Below, piece after piece: positions 8,969 to 18,709 of a DNA stretch of 64,000 nucleotides (the stretch's first letter is position 1; the number at the start of each line of letters is the position of its first letter). The notes beneath the pieces are model-generated. The model was not told where the DNA came from, did not search any database, and saw only the letters and a list, made by a program, of their open reading frames with translations. The position numbers and the translations under genes were made by a program. Source of the DNA: a virus; IMG/VR virus record IMGVR_UViG_3300005366_000002, positions 32,001 through 96,000 of that record; one strand, given 5' to 3'.

Positions 8969-10170
8969 ACACCCAAGTGCAAGCCGCTGAAGGCAACCAG
9001 AACTTCCGCTCCATCGAAGAGGTGAAGCGGTATCTCAAGGACCAGGCTTCCGACATCGCCGAGTTCAAGACGGTGTTCGACAAGCAGATGACGCAGATGG
9101 CGCGCATGGTCGCCCGGGCCATCACCGCGTCCGGTGAAACCCAGATCCTCGACTTCTCGGGCTCCGGTGGACGTCGGAAGAAGACGATGAACGTCGACTT
9201 CCCCGTCGTCGAAGTGCCGAACAAGGAAAAGCTCCGCGAGCACTACAAGCTGGCCGAGCTGCTCAGCGAGCGCTACAAGAACCTGACGCAGGCCGAGAAC
9301 GCGATGCGCATGGACTTTGCTGGCGACCAGAGCCCGGCCTTCAAGGAGGCGATGGGCTCGTTCAACAAGCTGAAGTCCCACGTGGAGGCCATGCTGAAGG
9401 AAGTGTTCACGGCGCTCAACCAGATCGCCGAAGGCCACGCTCCCAAGCAGTACCTGAAGTTCGTGAAGGCGCTCGCCGACGAGCTGGAGGCCAACAAGCA
9501 CATCGAGTGCGACGGCCTCCAAACCATGACCTACGCGTCGCTGGACGGTGAAGACAACCTGGTGTTCGCCGGCTACATCATCCTCCTGAACGCCGTGTCG
9601 GACGACCAGAAGATCGTGCCGCACCTCTACATCGTGATCAAGTGGACCGTTGGCGGCAACGTCGAGCTGTTCATCGAGCACGACTTCGTGGCCCCGGGTC
9701 TGCTGAAAGGCGGGATCGTCATCGAGAGCCTGCGGGCCGCCGCATCGGCGATCGCCACGCAGATGGCCCTCGAAGGCTTCTCGTCCCAGATCGGCAACCT
9801 GCCGGTCTCCATGCAGATCAAGGAGCCGGCCGGTGGTCTCCGCAAGGAGGCGTTCTCGGCTGCCGACTGGATCGAGGACGTGAAGGGCGAGGAAGACGCG
9901 CTGGTCTTCGTCCTCAAGACGAGCGATCCCAAGCAGGTGTCGGAGATCCGTGCGCAGATCTACGCGCAGGTCCGGGAGATGCTGAAGCGCAAGCGCAGCA
10001 CCTACGTGAAGATCCACCAGGACGGGCCGAACGTGCTGCGCTACACGTTCTCCAACATCGAGCATGGCGGCGGGATCCACCCGCATGACCTGGAATGGCT
10101 GCGCGACAAGTACAAGCTGGACGACGCGCAGCTCCGCAAGATCGCGAACAACATCAACTCCGGGGAGTAG
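8965..10170 (+). CDS. putative virion structural protein
   Basis: strong codon bias; AAGGA RBS; VQAA and ITAS sites near N-terminus. Confidence 0.6.
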   Translation: MNTQVQAAEGNQNFRSIEEVKRYLKDQASDIAEFKTVFDKQMTQMARMVARAITASGETQILDFSGSGGRRKKTMNVDFPVVEVPNKEKLREHYKLAELLSERYKNLTQAENAMRMDFAGDQSPAFKEAMGSFNKLKSHVEAMLKEVFTALNQIAEGHAPKQYLKFVKALADELEANKHIECDGLQTMTYASLDGEDNLVFAGYIILLNAVSDDQKIVPHLYIVIKWTVGGNVELFIEHDFVAPGLLKGGIVIESLRAAASAIATQMALEGFSSQIGNLPVSMQIKEPAGGLRKEAFSAADWIEDVKGEEDALVFVLKTSDPKQVSEIRAQIYAQVREMLKRKRSTYVKIHQDGPNVLRYTFSNIEHGGGIHPHDLEWLRDKYKLDDAQLRKIANNINSGE

Positions 10171-10173
10171 GCC

Positions 10174-10716
10174 ATGCAGGTGCTCGCGGAGGATCTCAAG
10201 CAGTACCTGGCACGCCTCCGTGACGCGTTCGTCATGCTGCCCATGGGGCATGGCGCCTACGGAGTCGTCTACGACCACCCAAGCGATCGTGACATGGTGG
10301 TCAAGATCAGCGCCAACGATCCCGGCTACATGGAGTACGTGAAGTTCTGCATGAACAACAGCGGGAACCGTTGGCTGCCGGAAGTCCATGACGTGCATCT
10401 CCTGGACCTCGACGAGCCGTACGAAGTGTACGCCGTGTTCCTCCAGCGCCTGGAGAAGACGACACCACAGGCTGTGCAGCGCGTGTTCGCCCGTGAGATC
10501 GCTCCGTGGGTGACTTCCTGGGACACCTACAGTGAGCGGACGCGCCTGAGCTTTCCCGAGTGGAAGAACGTGCTGCGGACTGCCCCTGACCCGCAGACGC
10601 GGCGACTCGCCCAGTTCCTGATCACCCACTTCAACCGGCTGGATCTGCTCAACCAGAACTTCATGCAGCGTGGCTCCCAGGTCGTGTTCAACGATCCGCT
10701 GACGCCCATCAAGTAG
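10174..10716 (+). CDS. minimal protein kinase-like protein (T7 gp0.7-like fold)
   Basis: Gly loop MGHGAYGVVY, VVKI lysine, catalytic loop DLLNQNFM, then FNDPL. Confidence 0.65.
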   Translation: MQVLAEDLKQYLARLRDAFVMLPMGHGAYGVVYDHPSDRDMVVKISANDPGYMEYVKFCMNNSGNRWLPEVHDVHLLDLDEPYEVYAVFLQRLEKTTPQAVQRVFAREIAPWVTSWDTYSERTRLSFPEWKNVLRTAPDPQTRRLAQFLITHFNRLDLLNQNFMQRGSQVVFNDPLTPIK

Positions 10717-10726
10717 AGGACAGAAG

Positions 10727-11713
10727 ATGAACAAACTCAACGCGGAGTCCCGGCTCCTCACAGCAGGTCTGCCCATCGAGGAGCGGCTGGCCCGTCTCGA
10801 GAACCGCCGTGAAGGTGACGGGCTCATGACGCCCCAGACAAGCCGCCACGAGGACACGGCGATCGAGGAGCAACTCGACACGCCCATGCACCCGGTGGAC
10901 AACATGGACGTCCAGTGCGAGGAGCCGCTGCCTGTCGTGGCCAAGCCGCTGTCGCAGCAGGTGCAGGTCATGGACCAGAAGCTCCAACAGCAAGACCAGG
11001 CTGACGCCGAGTTCCAGGCCAAGGAAGGCGAGAAGAAGGCCAAGGCCAACCAGAAGGCGCGCCTGGGAGCGTCCGCCGAGGGCCACCCGATCTCCGAGTG
11101 GGACGTGCACCTGCCTGTCTCCTACAACGAGGACGACGGCACGATGAACATCCGCGTGCTCTCCGTGATCGCCCGTGGTGCCGAAGAGGCCGTCGAGTTC
11201 GCGGAAGCCAAGTGGAAGTTCATGCAGGCCTCGCCGGTTCAGCCGGTGAAGGCCGGTCGTGGCACCGGCTTCGGCGCTGGCGTGCTGCTCATGGCTGCTG
11301 ACACCGGCCGGATCTTCCTGGCCAAGCGGTCCTCCAAGGGCGATGAAGGTGGCACCTGGTGCTGCGGTGGCGGTGGCGTCGAGGACTACGAGACCATCGA
11401 AGAGGCGGCGCGCCGCGAGAACATGGAGGAGCTGGGCTTCGACCTGAAGGGCGTGCAGTTGCTCCACATGCACCGGTCCGTCCAGCCTGGTTTCATCTTC
11501 CACAACCACATGGCAGTCATCCCGCATGAACTGGAAGCGCGTCTCAACGACGAGCACAGCGAGTGTGGCTGGTTCTCCGACCTGCCCGAGCCGATGCATC
11601 CGAAGCTCATGGAGGCGATCAACACCTGGGCGGCCGCCCACGCCGACAACGAGCTGGTGAAGCAGGCCCAGGCGGAGGAAATGGCGAGCAAGATGGGCAA
11701 GGCAAACCAATAG
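10727..11713 (+). CDS. Nudix hydrolase with N-terminal tag and acidic extension
   Basis: Nudix box GGVEDYETIEEAARRENMEELG; N-terminus MNKLNAESRLLT. Confidence 0.85.
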   Translation: MNKLNAESRLLTAGLPIEERLARLENRREGDGLMTPQTSRHEDTAIEEQLDTPMHPVDNMDVQCEEPLPVVAKPLSQQVQVMDQKLQQQDQADAEFQAKEGEKKAKANQKARLGASAEGHPISEWDVHLPVSYNEDDGTMNIRVLSVIARGAEEAVEFAEAKWKFMQASPVQPVKAGRGTGFGAGVLLMAADTGRIFLAKRSSKGDEGGTWCCGGGGVEDYETIEEAARRENMEELGFDLKGVQLLHMHRSVQPGFIFHNHMAVIPHELEARLNDEHSECGWFSDLPEPMHPKLMEAINTWAAAHADNELVKQAQAEEMASKMGKANQ

Positions 11714-11726
11714 ACGAGGGTCGATC

Positions 11727-12740
11727 ATGCGTCTCCAAGAGGTCAAGACTTTCCTGACCAAGCGTGGCTTCAACGGCCTCCAGTATGTGTCGCATTCGGA
11801 GGAGACGAAGACCTTCAACTTCAAGTACACCGAGTTCAACGACTACCACATGGGTATCGAGCCTACGGTGGCCGCCAAGGGCCAGGTCGCGGTCTACAAC
11901 ATCCCCGAGGTCGGCAAGATCGGGGTGAGTCCCGCAAACCGGATGGTCCGGTTCATCGACGCCGGCAAGGCGATCGCCAAGAAGGCGGTCAACGACTCCC
12001 ATCTCGGATTCGTCGAGGTCACGCCGGAGCTCACCGAGTTGTTCAACAAGGCCGTGACCAACTCGACGCAGCGCGTGCCCTACATGAAGGCTTTGTGGCA
12101 CTACCTGAACACTGAGAAGTTCCAGGGCCGCATGCGAGAGCCGGAGTTGAAGACCGGTCCGAGGAGTGGGAGCCGCCACAAGAACGCCCGCGGTGTCTAC
12201 TTCTCGACGAACTGGCACTCGAACGGTCCTGGCAAGATCTGGATGGCCGACTTCATGTTCAACGCGCGCGAGCCGTTCTTCCTGGAGGTCTTCCTCCACG
12301 AGATGTGCCACCAGGCTGCGCGTGAGATCGACCGCGACAGCTCCTTCGACGAGCAAGGCCACGGTCCCGTCTGGCAGAAGTGGATGCGCCACGCTGGCCT
12401 CGATCCCCGCCGCTTCGACCCGACTGACGACTACGAGTACAAGAGCACCGACGAGACGATGCACCAGGAGGAGCAGCTCGACGAGCAGTTTGGGCCACGT
12501 CAGGACGGTGCTGCGCTGGCGAAGCTGAAGAAGCTCACCAAGTTCGAACCAGGCCCTTGCTTCTACGTCTACAAGTCGCGGGCCATCCGAGGCGTGCTCC
12601 AGATGGGCTTCGACGGCAAGTCCGTGATCTTCGAGTTCAAGAATCCGAAGGGGCAGACCCGCATGCTCAGCTGGAAGACGCTGAAGCTGTTCAACAGCGG
12701 CAAGCAGGGCGGTCTGATCCACTGCTACCATATCAACTGA
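11727..12740 (+). CDS. SprT-like zinc metalloprotease domain protein
   Basis: VFLHEMCH followed by GHGPVWQKWM. Confidence 0.75.
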   Translation: MRLQEVKTFLTKRGFNGLQYVSHSEETKTFNFKYTEFNDYHMGIEPTVAAKGQVAVYNIPEVGKIGVSPANRMVRFIDAGKAIAKKAVNDSHLGFVEVTPELTELFNKAVTNSTQRVPYMKALWHYLNTEKFQGRMREPELKTGPRSGSRHKNARGVYFSTNWHSNGPGKIWMADFMFNAREPFFLEVFLHEMCHQAAREIDRDSSFDEQGHGPVWQKWMRHAGLDPRRFDPTDDYEYKSTDETMHQEEQLDEQFGPRQDGAALAKLKKLTKFEPGPCFYVYKSRAIRGVLQMGFDGKSVIFEFKNPKGQTRMLSWKTLKLFNSGKQGGLIHCYHIN

Positions 12741-12749
12741 GGACTTCTC

Positions 12750-14231
12750 ATGAACCTCTTCGTGTTCACCAAGACCGCGGCCGACATCGTGAACCAGCTG
12801 AGCCCGCAGCTGAATCCGGGCGAGACCATCACGTCGATCACGCCTGCGGCTGCCACACCGGTGACGGCCAACTCGCCGTCGCTCTCGATCTCCAGCGGGA
12901 CCGCCGTGCCCATCCAGTTCACGGTGACTGGCGGTGACACAGGCGTGACCTACGGGTTCCCGCTGACCATCGTGACCTCGCTGCGCACGTTCGTTGTGAC
13001 GATCGCTGTGAACGTCCTGTCTGACACGTTCGACCCGTACCCGAACGCGGACCCCAACTCGTACCAGGACCTGGTGGGCAACATCCAGGCCGGCAAGACC
13101 GCGCTGTCCCGTACCGCCATCGTGTTCCCCCCGACCTTCGACGCCTCGGGCGCCTACGTCACGTGGGACATCCTCGACGAGGAGGGCACGATCTACGCCT
13201 CGGGCAATGCATTCGACCTGGTGATCAAGAACAACGGGATCGCCAACACAGTCATTGCCCGCTCCCTGATCAACATCCCGGCTGACATCCCGCCGTCGCC
13301 GGATGCCCCGTACCAGCTGCGATACACGCTGAAGGTCGCCGGCCAGAACTTCTACCAGTCCGAGGCGATCCAGGTCACCGGGCTCGTCGACATCCAGGTG
13401 GGGACCGTCGACCAGATCGAGATGCAAGGCGACCCTGCGCAGCTCTCGCTGGTCACTTCGGTGCTCTACCAGAACTACGTGATGGAGCTCCGCAAGGACG
13501 GCGACCTGATTGCGAGCCTCGCGATCACCCAAGACCCGGAGCGTGTCCAACAAGGCTACTGGGTCGGAGCCTCCATGGACACGACGGCCATGGTGCCCAC
13601 GTGGGAGCCCTACCAGGTCGTGTGGAAGTTCTGGAACGACCCGAACCAGATCTTCCGCGAGGCCAGCTCTCTGTGGATCGTCACCGACTCGATGATCAAC
13701 GCCATCGAGGACGTGAAGTCCAAGGTCAACAAGGCACGGCAGACCCTGTACGGGACTCCTGACTCGCAGTTCCCGTCCACCGAGATCTCGAAGTGGCTGC
13801 GGCGCGGCATGGACCTGTTCAACGGCTGGCAGGGTCAGTTCACGTCGTTCACCATGACCAAGGCCAAGGGCGTCGTCCGTGAGTACTGGCTGCTCTGCGC
13901 CGAGAAGTCTGCGCTGGAGGCCCAGTACCTCATGGAAGGCGAGAAGGCGTTCAACTTCGCGGGCGCCAACATCAGCCTGGACGTGGACCGCACGTCCTAC
14001 CTGGACAACATGGCCTCGAAGATCCAGTCGCAGCTCGACAACGATCTCAAGCCGATCAAGGTCAACCTCATCGTGAAAGGAAATACCAGTGGCGATGGTT
14101 CCGGCCCGAACGGCGATGGGAACTTCTCGGCTCTCCAGCGCGGTGCGATGGGCAGCGTGCATCTGACGTTGACGACTGCGTCCCTGTACGGCGGTGGTTT
14201 CGGCTGGGGCCGTGGCGGTGTTCCCTTCTGA
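12750..14231 (+). CDS. putative virion structural protein (Ig-like N-terminus; possible head-tail adaptor)
   Basis: T/V/I-rich beta-strand N-terminus, helical C-terminus; within structural cluster. Confidence 0.55.
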   Translation: MNLFVFTKTAADIVNQLSPQLNPGETITSITPAAATPVTANSPSLSISSGTAVPIQFTVTGGDTGVTYGFPLTIVTSLRTFVVTIAVNVLSDTFDPYPNADPNSYQDLVGNIQAGKTALSRTAIVFPPTFDASGAYVTWDILDEEGTIYASGNAFDLVIKNNGIANTVIARSLINIPADIPPSPDAPYQLRYTLKVAGQNFYQSEAIQVTGLVDIQVGTVDQIEMQGDPAQLSLVTSVLYQNYVMELRKDGDLIASLAITQDPERVQQGYWVGASMDTTAMVPTWEPYQVVWKFWNDPNQIFREASSLWIVTDSMINAIEDVKSKVNKARQTLYGTPDSQFPSTEISKWLRRGMDLFNGWQGQFTSFTMTKAKGVVREYWLLCAEKSALEAQYLMEGEKAFNFAGANISLDVDRTSYLDNMASKIQSQLDNDLKPIKVNLIVKGNTSGDGSGPNGDGNFSALQRGAMGSVHLTLTTASLYGGGFGWGRGGVPF

Positions 14232-14242
14232 GTGACGAGCGA

Positions 14243-14251
14243 CAATTTCAT
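14243..14251 (+). promoter_or_regulatory. putative late promoter motif CAATTTCAT
   Basis: copy of recurring motif, 27 nt before the GIY-YIG ORF. Confidence 0.5.
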
Positions 14252-14278
14252 CCTCAAAGGTAATGAAAGGGTCGCTTC

Positions 14279-15100
14279 ATGTCAGACTTCTACGTGTACG
14301 CACTGCTTGACCCGCGCAAGCCTGGGAAGGCTCGCTGTCCTGGCACTGGCAAGGTCCTCCCTTGCCTGCCCAAGTACATTGGCAAGGGCCGTGGCATTCG
14401 TGCTGAGCGGTCTGCCAACGTAGAAGATCATCGGTTCATTCGGTCGACCAAGGCCGCCTGGATGCGCCGCCTCACCAGTGAAGGGCACGAGCCCCAGCTG
14501 GTCATGTTGAAGACCAACATGGAAGAGGCGGCTGCATTCGCTCTCGAACGCGACCTGATCGCCCACTTCGGACGCAAGGATCTGAAGCTCGGGCCTCTCC
14601 TCAATCGCTCGCATGGCGGCGAAGGGGCTACCCACACAACAGATGAAGACCGCGACGAGTACGTTCGCCTGCTCAAGCCTGTGAAGGGCTTCCGTCTCCT
14701 AGGGCGCATGCACGGACGAGGCTGCTATGCAAAGCATGAGTGCAAGGTCCACGGTGTCGTGGAGACTGCACCATGTCACGTTATGACTCGTCTCAAGAAG
14801 GGCATCCCTCCATGCCCACGTTGCGGCGAGACTGCTCGCGGCCCACAGATCCGTGTCCATCGACTGGCAAACGGCGAGGCCTCCTACAAGGCCTACCTTG
14901 CCTCGAAGTTCAAGACCAAGCAGTACCGCCTCGACGGCCCTTACCTGGGCGCGGTCAAGCACACTGAGCATTGGTGTGCTGTGCATGGTCAGTTCAAGAT
15001 CACACCTTCCAACGTGAGACAAAAGCTCGACCAGGGGCTGACGCCTTGTCCGGCTTGCAACGCGGTCACGCAGAGGCATGGGCCTCGCCCAAGACTGTAA
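14279..15100 (+). CDS. free-standing GIY-YIG (LEM-3-like) homing endonuclease with two Zn-ribbon modules
   Basis: FYVYALLDPR...KYIGKG...R...E...N; repeated CxxHG...CPxC; atypical codon usage. Confidence 0.75.
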   Translation: MSDFYVYALLDPRKPGKARCPGTGKVLPCLPKYIGKGRGIRAERSANVEDHRFIRSTKAAWMRRLTSEGHEPQLVMLKTNMEEAAAFALERDLIAHFGRKDLKLGPLLNRSHGGEGATHTTDEDRDEYVRLLKPVKGFRLLGRMHGRGCYAKHECKVHGVVETAPCHVMTRLKKGIPPCPRCGETARGPQIRVHRLANGEASYKAYLASKFKTKQYRLDGPYLGAVKHTEHWCAVHGQFKITPSNVRQKLDQGLTPCPACNAVTQRHGPRPRL

Positions 15101-15103
15101 ATA
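15098..15103 (+). promoter_or_regulatory. putative middle/replication promoter motif TAAATA
   Basis: copy of motif before the glycosyltransferase-nrdAB operon; overlaps a stop codon. Confidence 0.45.
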
Positions 15104-15153
15104 CGTCACAGTGCCCTCTCCGGAGGGCTTCCGCACCTGCACAGGAAACCACC

Positions 15154-16278
15154 ATGAACTTCGGCCGTGCGCCTCATCACCACCCTGGACCACGCGTCCT
15201 CTTCGTCCTCAAGACCCGCCCCGGTGGCGCCTACGGGTCCTGGGGCTACTCTTCCAACGGCGGCCCCCTCCCGTCCGGCATGAGCGTCTCGGTCCAGCAG
15301 ATGGTCAAGGCGCTGGAAATGCTGGGCGTCGTCTGCAAGATGGTCCAGGTCGAGAACAACAACTTCATCAACCCGGAGATCGAAGCGTTCAAGCCGACGC
15401 ACGTGATCATCGAGGGCTTCTGGGTTGTCCCGGACAAGTTCAAGGTCCTGGAGGCCCTGCACCCCGAGGCCGAGTTCATCATCCGCTGCCACTCGAACAC
15501 CGAGTTCCTGGCCCACGAAGGCAACATGTTCGGCTGGACCATCGACTACCTGCGCAACGGGATCGCCGTCGCGTTCAACAGCCCGGAGGCGGCGCGCAAC
15601 TTCGAGGAGCTGAAGAAAGACGAAGGCCTGTCCGGCAAGATCCTGTACCTGCCGAACTACTACGACTTCAAGACCACCTCGTCGGTGTGCTGGGAGTTCC
15701 TGCAGAAGCTGGTCATCCGCCACTCCAAGGTCAAGCAGCACGGCGAGTTCCACGTCGGCTGCTTCGGCGCGATCCGTCCGCTGAAGAACCACATGAACCA
15801 GGCGCTGGCTGCGCTCCACGTGGCAAAGCGCATGGGCCTCACCCTGAAGTTCTACGTGAACGCGAACCGCGTGGAGAACAAGGGCGACTCGCTGCTGACC
15901 GCCCTGCGTTCCCTGTTCAACCGCATGGCTCCGCACCAGCTGATCGAGATCCCGTGGATGGAGCACGAGGAGTTCCAGGCGCTGCTGACCGACATGGACA
16001 TCGTGTCGCAGGTCTCCATGTCCGAGACCTTCAATATCGTCCTGGCTGACGCCGTGTCCGTCGGTGTGCCGGTCATCGGCGCCAACATCCCGTGGCTCGA
16101 CGACGACTACCAGGCCGTGCCCAACGACGTGCAGTCCATCGAGCGGGTGCTTCACCACACCTGGCTCAAGAGCGGCAACCAGACGGTGCAGCAACGCCAG
16201 CGCCGGACCCTCAGCCGCTACGTCCAGCGCTCCAAGGACCTGTGGGAGGACTTCCTCCACATGCGGCACTGCGACTGA
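15154..16278 (+). CDS. GT-B (GT4-like) glycosyltransferase
   Basis: GCFGAIRPLKNH and DIVSQVSMSETFNIVLADAVSVGVPVIG motifs; AGGA RBS. Confidence 0.75.
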   Translation: MNFGRAPHHHPGPRVLFVLKTRPGGAYGSWGYSSNGGPLPSGMSVSVQQMVKALEMLGVVCKMVQVENNNFINPEIEAFKPTHVIIEGFWVVPDKFKVLEALHPEAEFIIRCHSNTEFLAHEGNMFGWTIDYLRNGIAVAFNSPEAARNFEELKKDEGLSGKILYLPNYYDFKTTSSVCWEFLQKLVIRHSKVKQHGEFHVGCFGAIRPLKNHMNQALAALHVAKRMGLTLKFYVNANRVENKGDSLLTALRSLFNRMAPHQLIEIPWMEHEEFQALLTDMDIVSQVSMSETFNIVLADAVSVGVPVIGANIPWLDDDYQAVPNDVQSIERVLHHTWLKSGNQTVQQRQRRTLSRYVQRSKDLWEDFLHMRHCD

Positions 16279-16326
16279 GCTGCTGCACCCTGACAGATCA
16301 TCGACCAACTACCTGGATCCAAACAC

Positions 16327-18690
16327 ATGGACAAGACCGAATCGACTGCTGCCCTCTCGTTCGCTGGTGAACAAGGAGCCGCACCGGCTCCCAAGCCGAC
16401 GTCGAAGGGCCGCGTGACCAAGCGCAACGGCTCGCTGCAAGAACGGGACATCAACAAGATCCACGCCGTGCTGAACTGGGCGGTCAACGGTGACGAGAAC
16501 CTGCCACCCATCAAGGGCGTGTCGGTCGCCGACATCGAGGCCAACGCGGAGCTCAAGTTCTTCGACAAGATGAAGACGTCGGAGATCCACGACACGCTCA
16601 TCGCGTCGACGCGTGACCTGATCTCCGAGGACTATCCCAACTACGACCACGTGGCGGCCCGCCTCGTCTGGTTCAAGGTCCGCAAGGAAGCGTTCGCCGA
16701 CAAGAAGCCGCCGCATCTGAGCTACGTGATCGCGAAGAACGTCCGCATGAAGTTCTACGATCCGGCGATCTACGACCTCTACACGGAGGACGAGATCGAC
16801 CAGCTGAACCGCATGATCGACCACACGCGCGACGACCTGTTCCGCTACGCCGGCGCCGAGCAGATGCGCCTCAAGTACCTGTGCCAGAACCGCAAGACCC
16901 GGAAGCCCACCGAGTCCTTCCAGTTCCCGTACATCATGGTGGCCGCGACCCTGTGCTCCAACGAGCCGCGCGAGACCCGCATGCAGGCCATCAAGGACTA
17001 CTACGACGCGATCTCGACGCACCGCCTCAGCGAGCCCACGCCGGTCATGGCAGGTGTCCGCTCGCTGGTCAAGCAGTTCTCCAGCTGCGTCGTCATCTCC
17101 GCTGGCGACAGCCTGGACTCGATCGAACGGGCTGGTCAGGCGATCCTCCGCTACGCATCGAAGAAGGCCGGCATCGGCATCGACGGCGGCCGCATCCGTG
17201 CGGTGAACCAACCGATCCGTGGCGGTGAAGCGATCTCGACCGGCCAGATCCCGTTCATCAAGAAGTTCAACGGCGATCTCAAGAGCTCGGCCCAGGGTGG
17301 CGTCCGCGGTGCCTCTGCGACCTACAACTACATGTTCTGGCATCTGGAGCTGGAGTCGCTCATCGAGCTGAAGAACGAGAAGGGCACCGAGGAAACGCGC
17401 GTCCGCACGCTCGACTACGTGCCGGCCTTCAACCTCGTGTTCTTCGAGCGGTGGCGTGACGGTCGCGACATCACCCTGTTCTCGCCGGAGGACGTGCCTG
17501 GTCTCTACGATGCGTTTTACAGCTCCAACGTCGACGAGTTCCGTCGCCTCTACGAGAAGTACGAGGGTGACAGCCGGATCACCAAGCGGTCCATCCCTGC
17601 CGAACTGGTCGCCCAGAAGTTCGTGCTCGAACGGTTCGAGACAGGGCGCGTCTACTGCATGTTCGCCGACACGGTCAACACGCAGACGCCGTTCCTGGAG
17701 CCGGTGACGAGCACCAACCTGTGCGTCGAGATCTGCCTGGCGACCACTCCTGTGTCGTCGGAAGATCACAGCATCGGCCGCATCGCGCTCTGCACCCTGG
17801 GCGCGATCAACCTCGGCAAGGTCGACATCTCGACTGCCGAAGGCCGCGAAGCTCTGCGTCGCGACTGCCGAATCGCCGTGCGCACCAAGGATGCGCTCCT
17901 GACCTATCAGGACTACCCGCTCGAGGAAGCGCGTCTCAGCGTCGAGGAGTACCGTCCGCTGGGCATCGGCGTCATCGGGTTCGCCCACTGGCTCGTCAAG
18001 AACGGGCTGCGCTGGGGCGAGGCGAAGACCATCGAGGCGGTCAACCTGCTGTACGAGCACATCAGCTACTACCTCATCGAGGCTTCTGTCGAGCTGGCGG
18101 AAGAGCTGGGTCCGTGCAAGAAGGAGACCAAGTACAGCCGTGGCTGGTTCCCCTGGGAGTCGTCGAAGCTGGTGCTCCCGAAAACCCTGGATTGGGAAGC
18201 GCTTCGCAAGCGCATGATCGCCGCCGGTGGTACTCGCAACGCCACGCTGATGGCCGGCATGCCCAGCGAGACCAGTTCTCAACTGGCGAACGAGACCAAC
18301 GGCGTGGAACCTCCGAAGGACCTGGTGTCGACCAAGGACTCGAAGGACGGATCGCTCCCGCAGGTCGTGCCGGACTTCGCCAAGTACAACCACCTGTACG
18401 AGACCCTGTGGGACGTCAATCCCATCGCGTACCTCAAGACTCTGGCCCCGGTCCAGCACTACTACGACCAGGCCATCAGCGCCAACACGTCGTTCGACCC
18501 GATGAAGATGAGCCGCGATCCGGCGACCGACAAGGTACTGCTGTCCAACTTCGCCGAGGTGTTCTGCCTGGCCTACGAGCTGGGCTACAAGACGCTCTAC
18601 TACTCGAACGTGCGGAAGCCGAAGCTGGCTGACGGGTCCGAACCGGCAGAAGCCGACGACGGCTGCGAAAGCGGCGCCTGCAAGATCTGA
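16327..18690 (+). CDS. nrdA: ribonucleoside-diphosphate reductase class Ia alpha subunit with ATP cone
   Basis: VTKRNG ATP cone, KQFSSCV, AQGGVRG, TNLCVEI, MPSETSSQ, KTLYY, C-terminal CESGAC. Confidence 0.96.
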   Translation: MDKTESTAALSFAGEQGAAPAPKPTSKGRVTKRNGSLQERDINKIHAVLNWAVNGDENLPPIKGVSVADIEANAELKFFDKMKTSEIHDTLIASTRDLISEDYPNYDHVAARLVWFKVRKEAFADKKPPHLSYVIAKNVRMKFYDPAIYDLYTEDEIDQLNRMIDHTRDDLFRYAGAEQMRLKYLCQNRKTRKPTESFQFPYIMVAATLCSNEPRETRMQAIKDYYDAISTHRLSEPTPVMAGVRSLVKQFSSCVVISAGDSLDSIERAGQAILRYASKKAGIGIDGGRIRAVNQPIRGGEAISTGQIPFIKKFNGDLKSSAQGGVRGASATYNYMFWHLELESLIELKNEKGTEETRVRTLDYVPAFNLVFFERWRDGRDITLFSPEDVPGLYDAFYSSNVDEFRRLYEKYEGDSRITKRSIPAELVAQKFVLERFETGRVYCMFADTVNTQTPFLEPVTSTNLCVEICLATTPVSSEDHSIGRIALCTLGAINLGKVDISTAEGREALRRDCRIAVRTKDALLTYQDYPLEEARLSVEEYRPLGIGVIGFAHWLVKNGLRWGEAKTIEAVNLLYEHISYYLIEASVELAEELGPCKKETKYSRGWFPWESSKLVLPKTLDWEALRKRMIAAGGTRNATLMAGMPSETSSQLANETNGVEPPKDLVSTKDSKDGSLPQVVPDFAKYNHLYETLWDVNPIAYLKTLAPVQHYYDQAISANTSFDPMKMSRDPATDKVLLSNFAEVFCLAYELGYKTLYYSNVRKPKLADGSEPAEADDGCESGACKI

Positions 18691-18709
18691 TCGACGACCG
18701 GAGAACACA

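Noticed and set aside
11727-11770. MRLQEVKTFL (SprT) and MLTLKQAMIEA (28813) as possible tag copies
   Set aside because: They lack the A-x-x-R-L core, so they were not counted among the tagged proteins.
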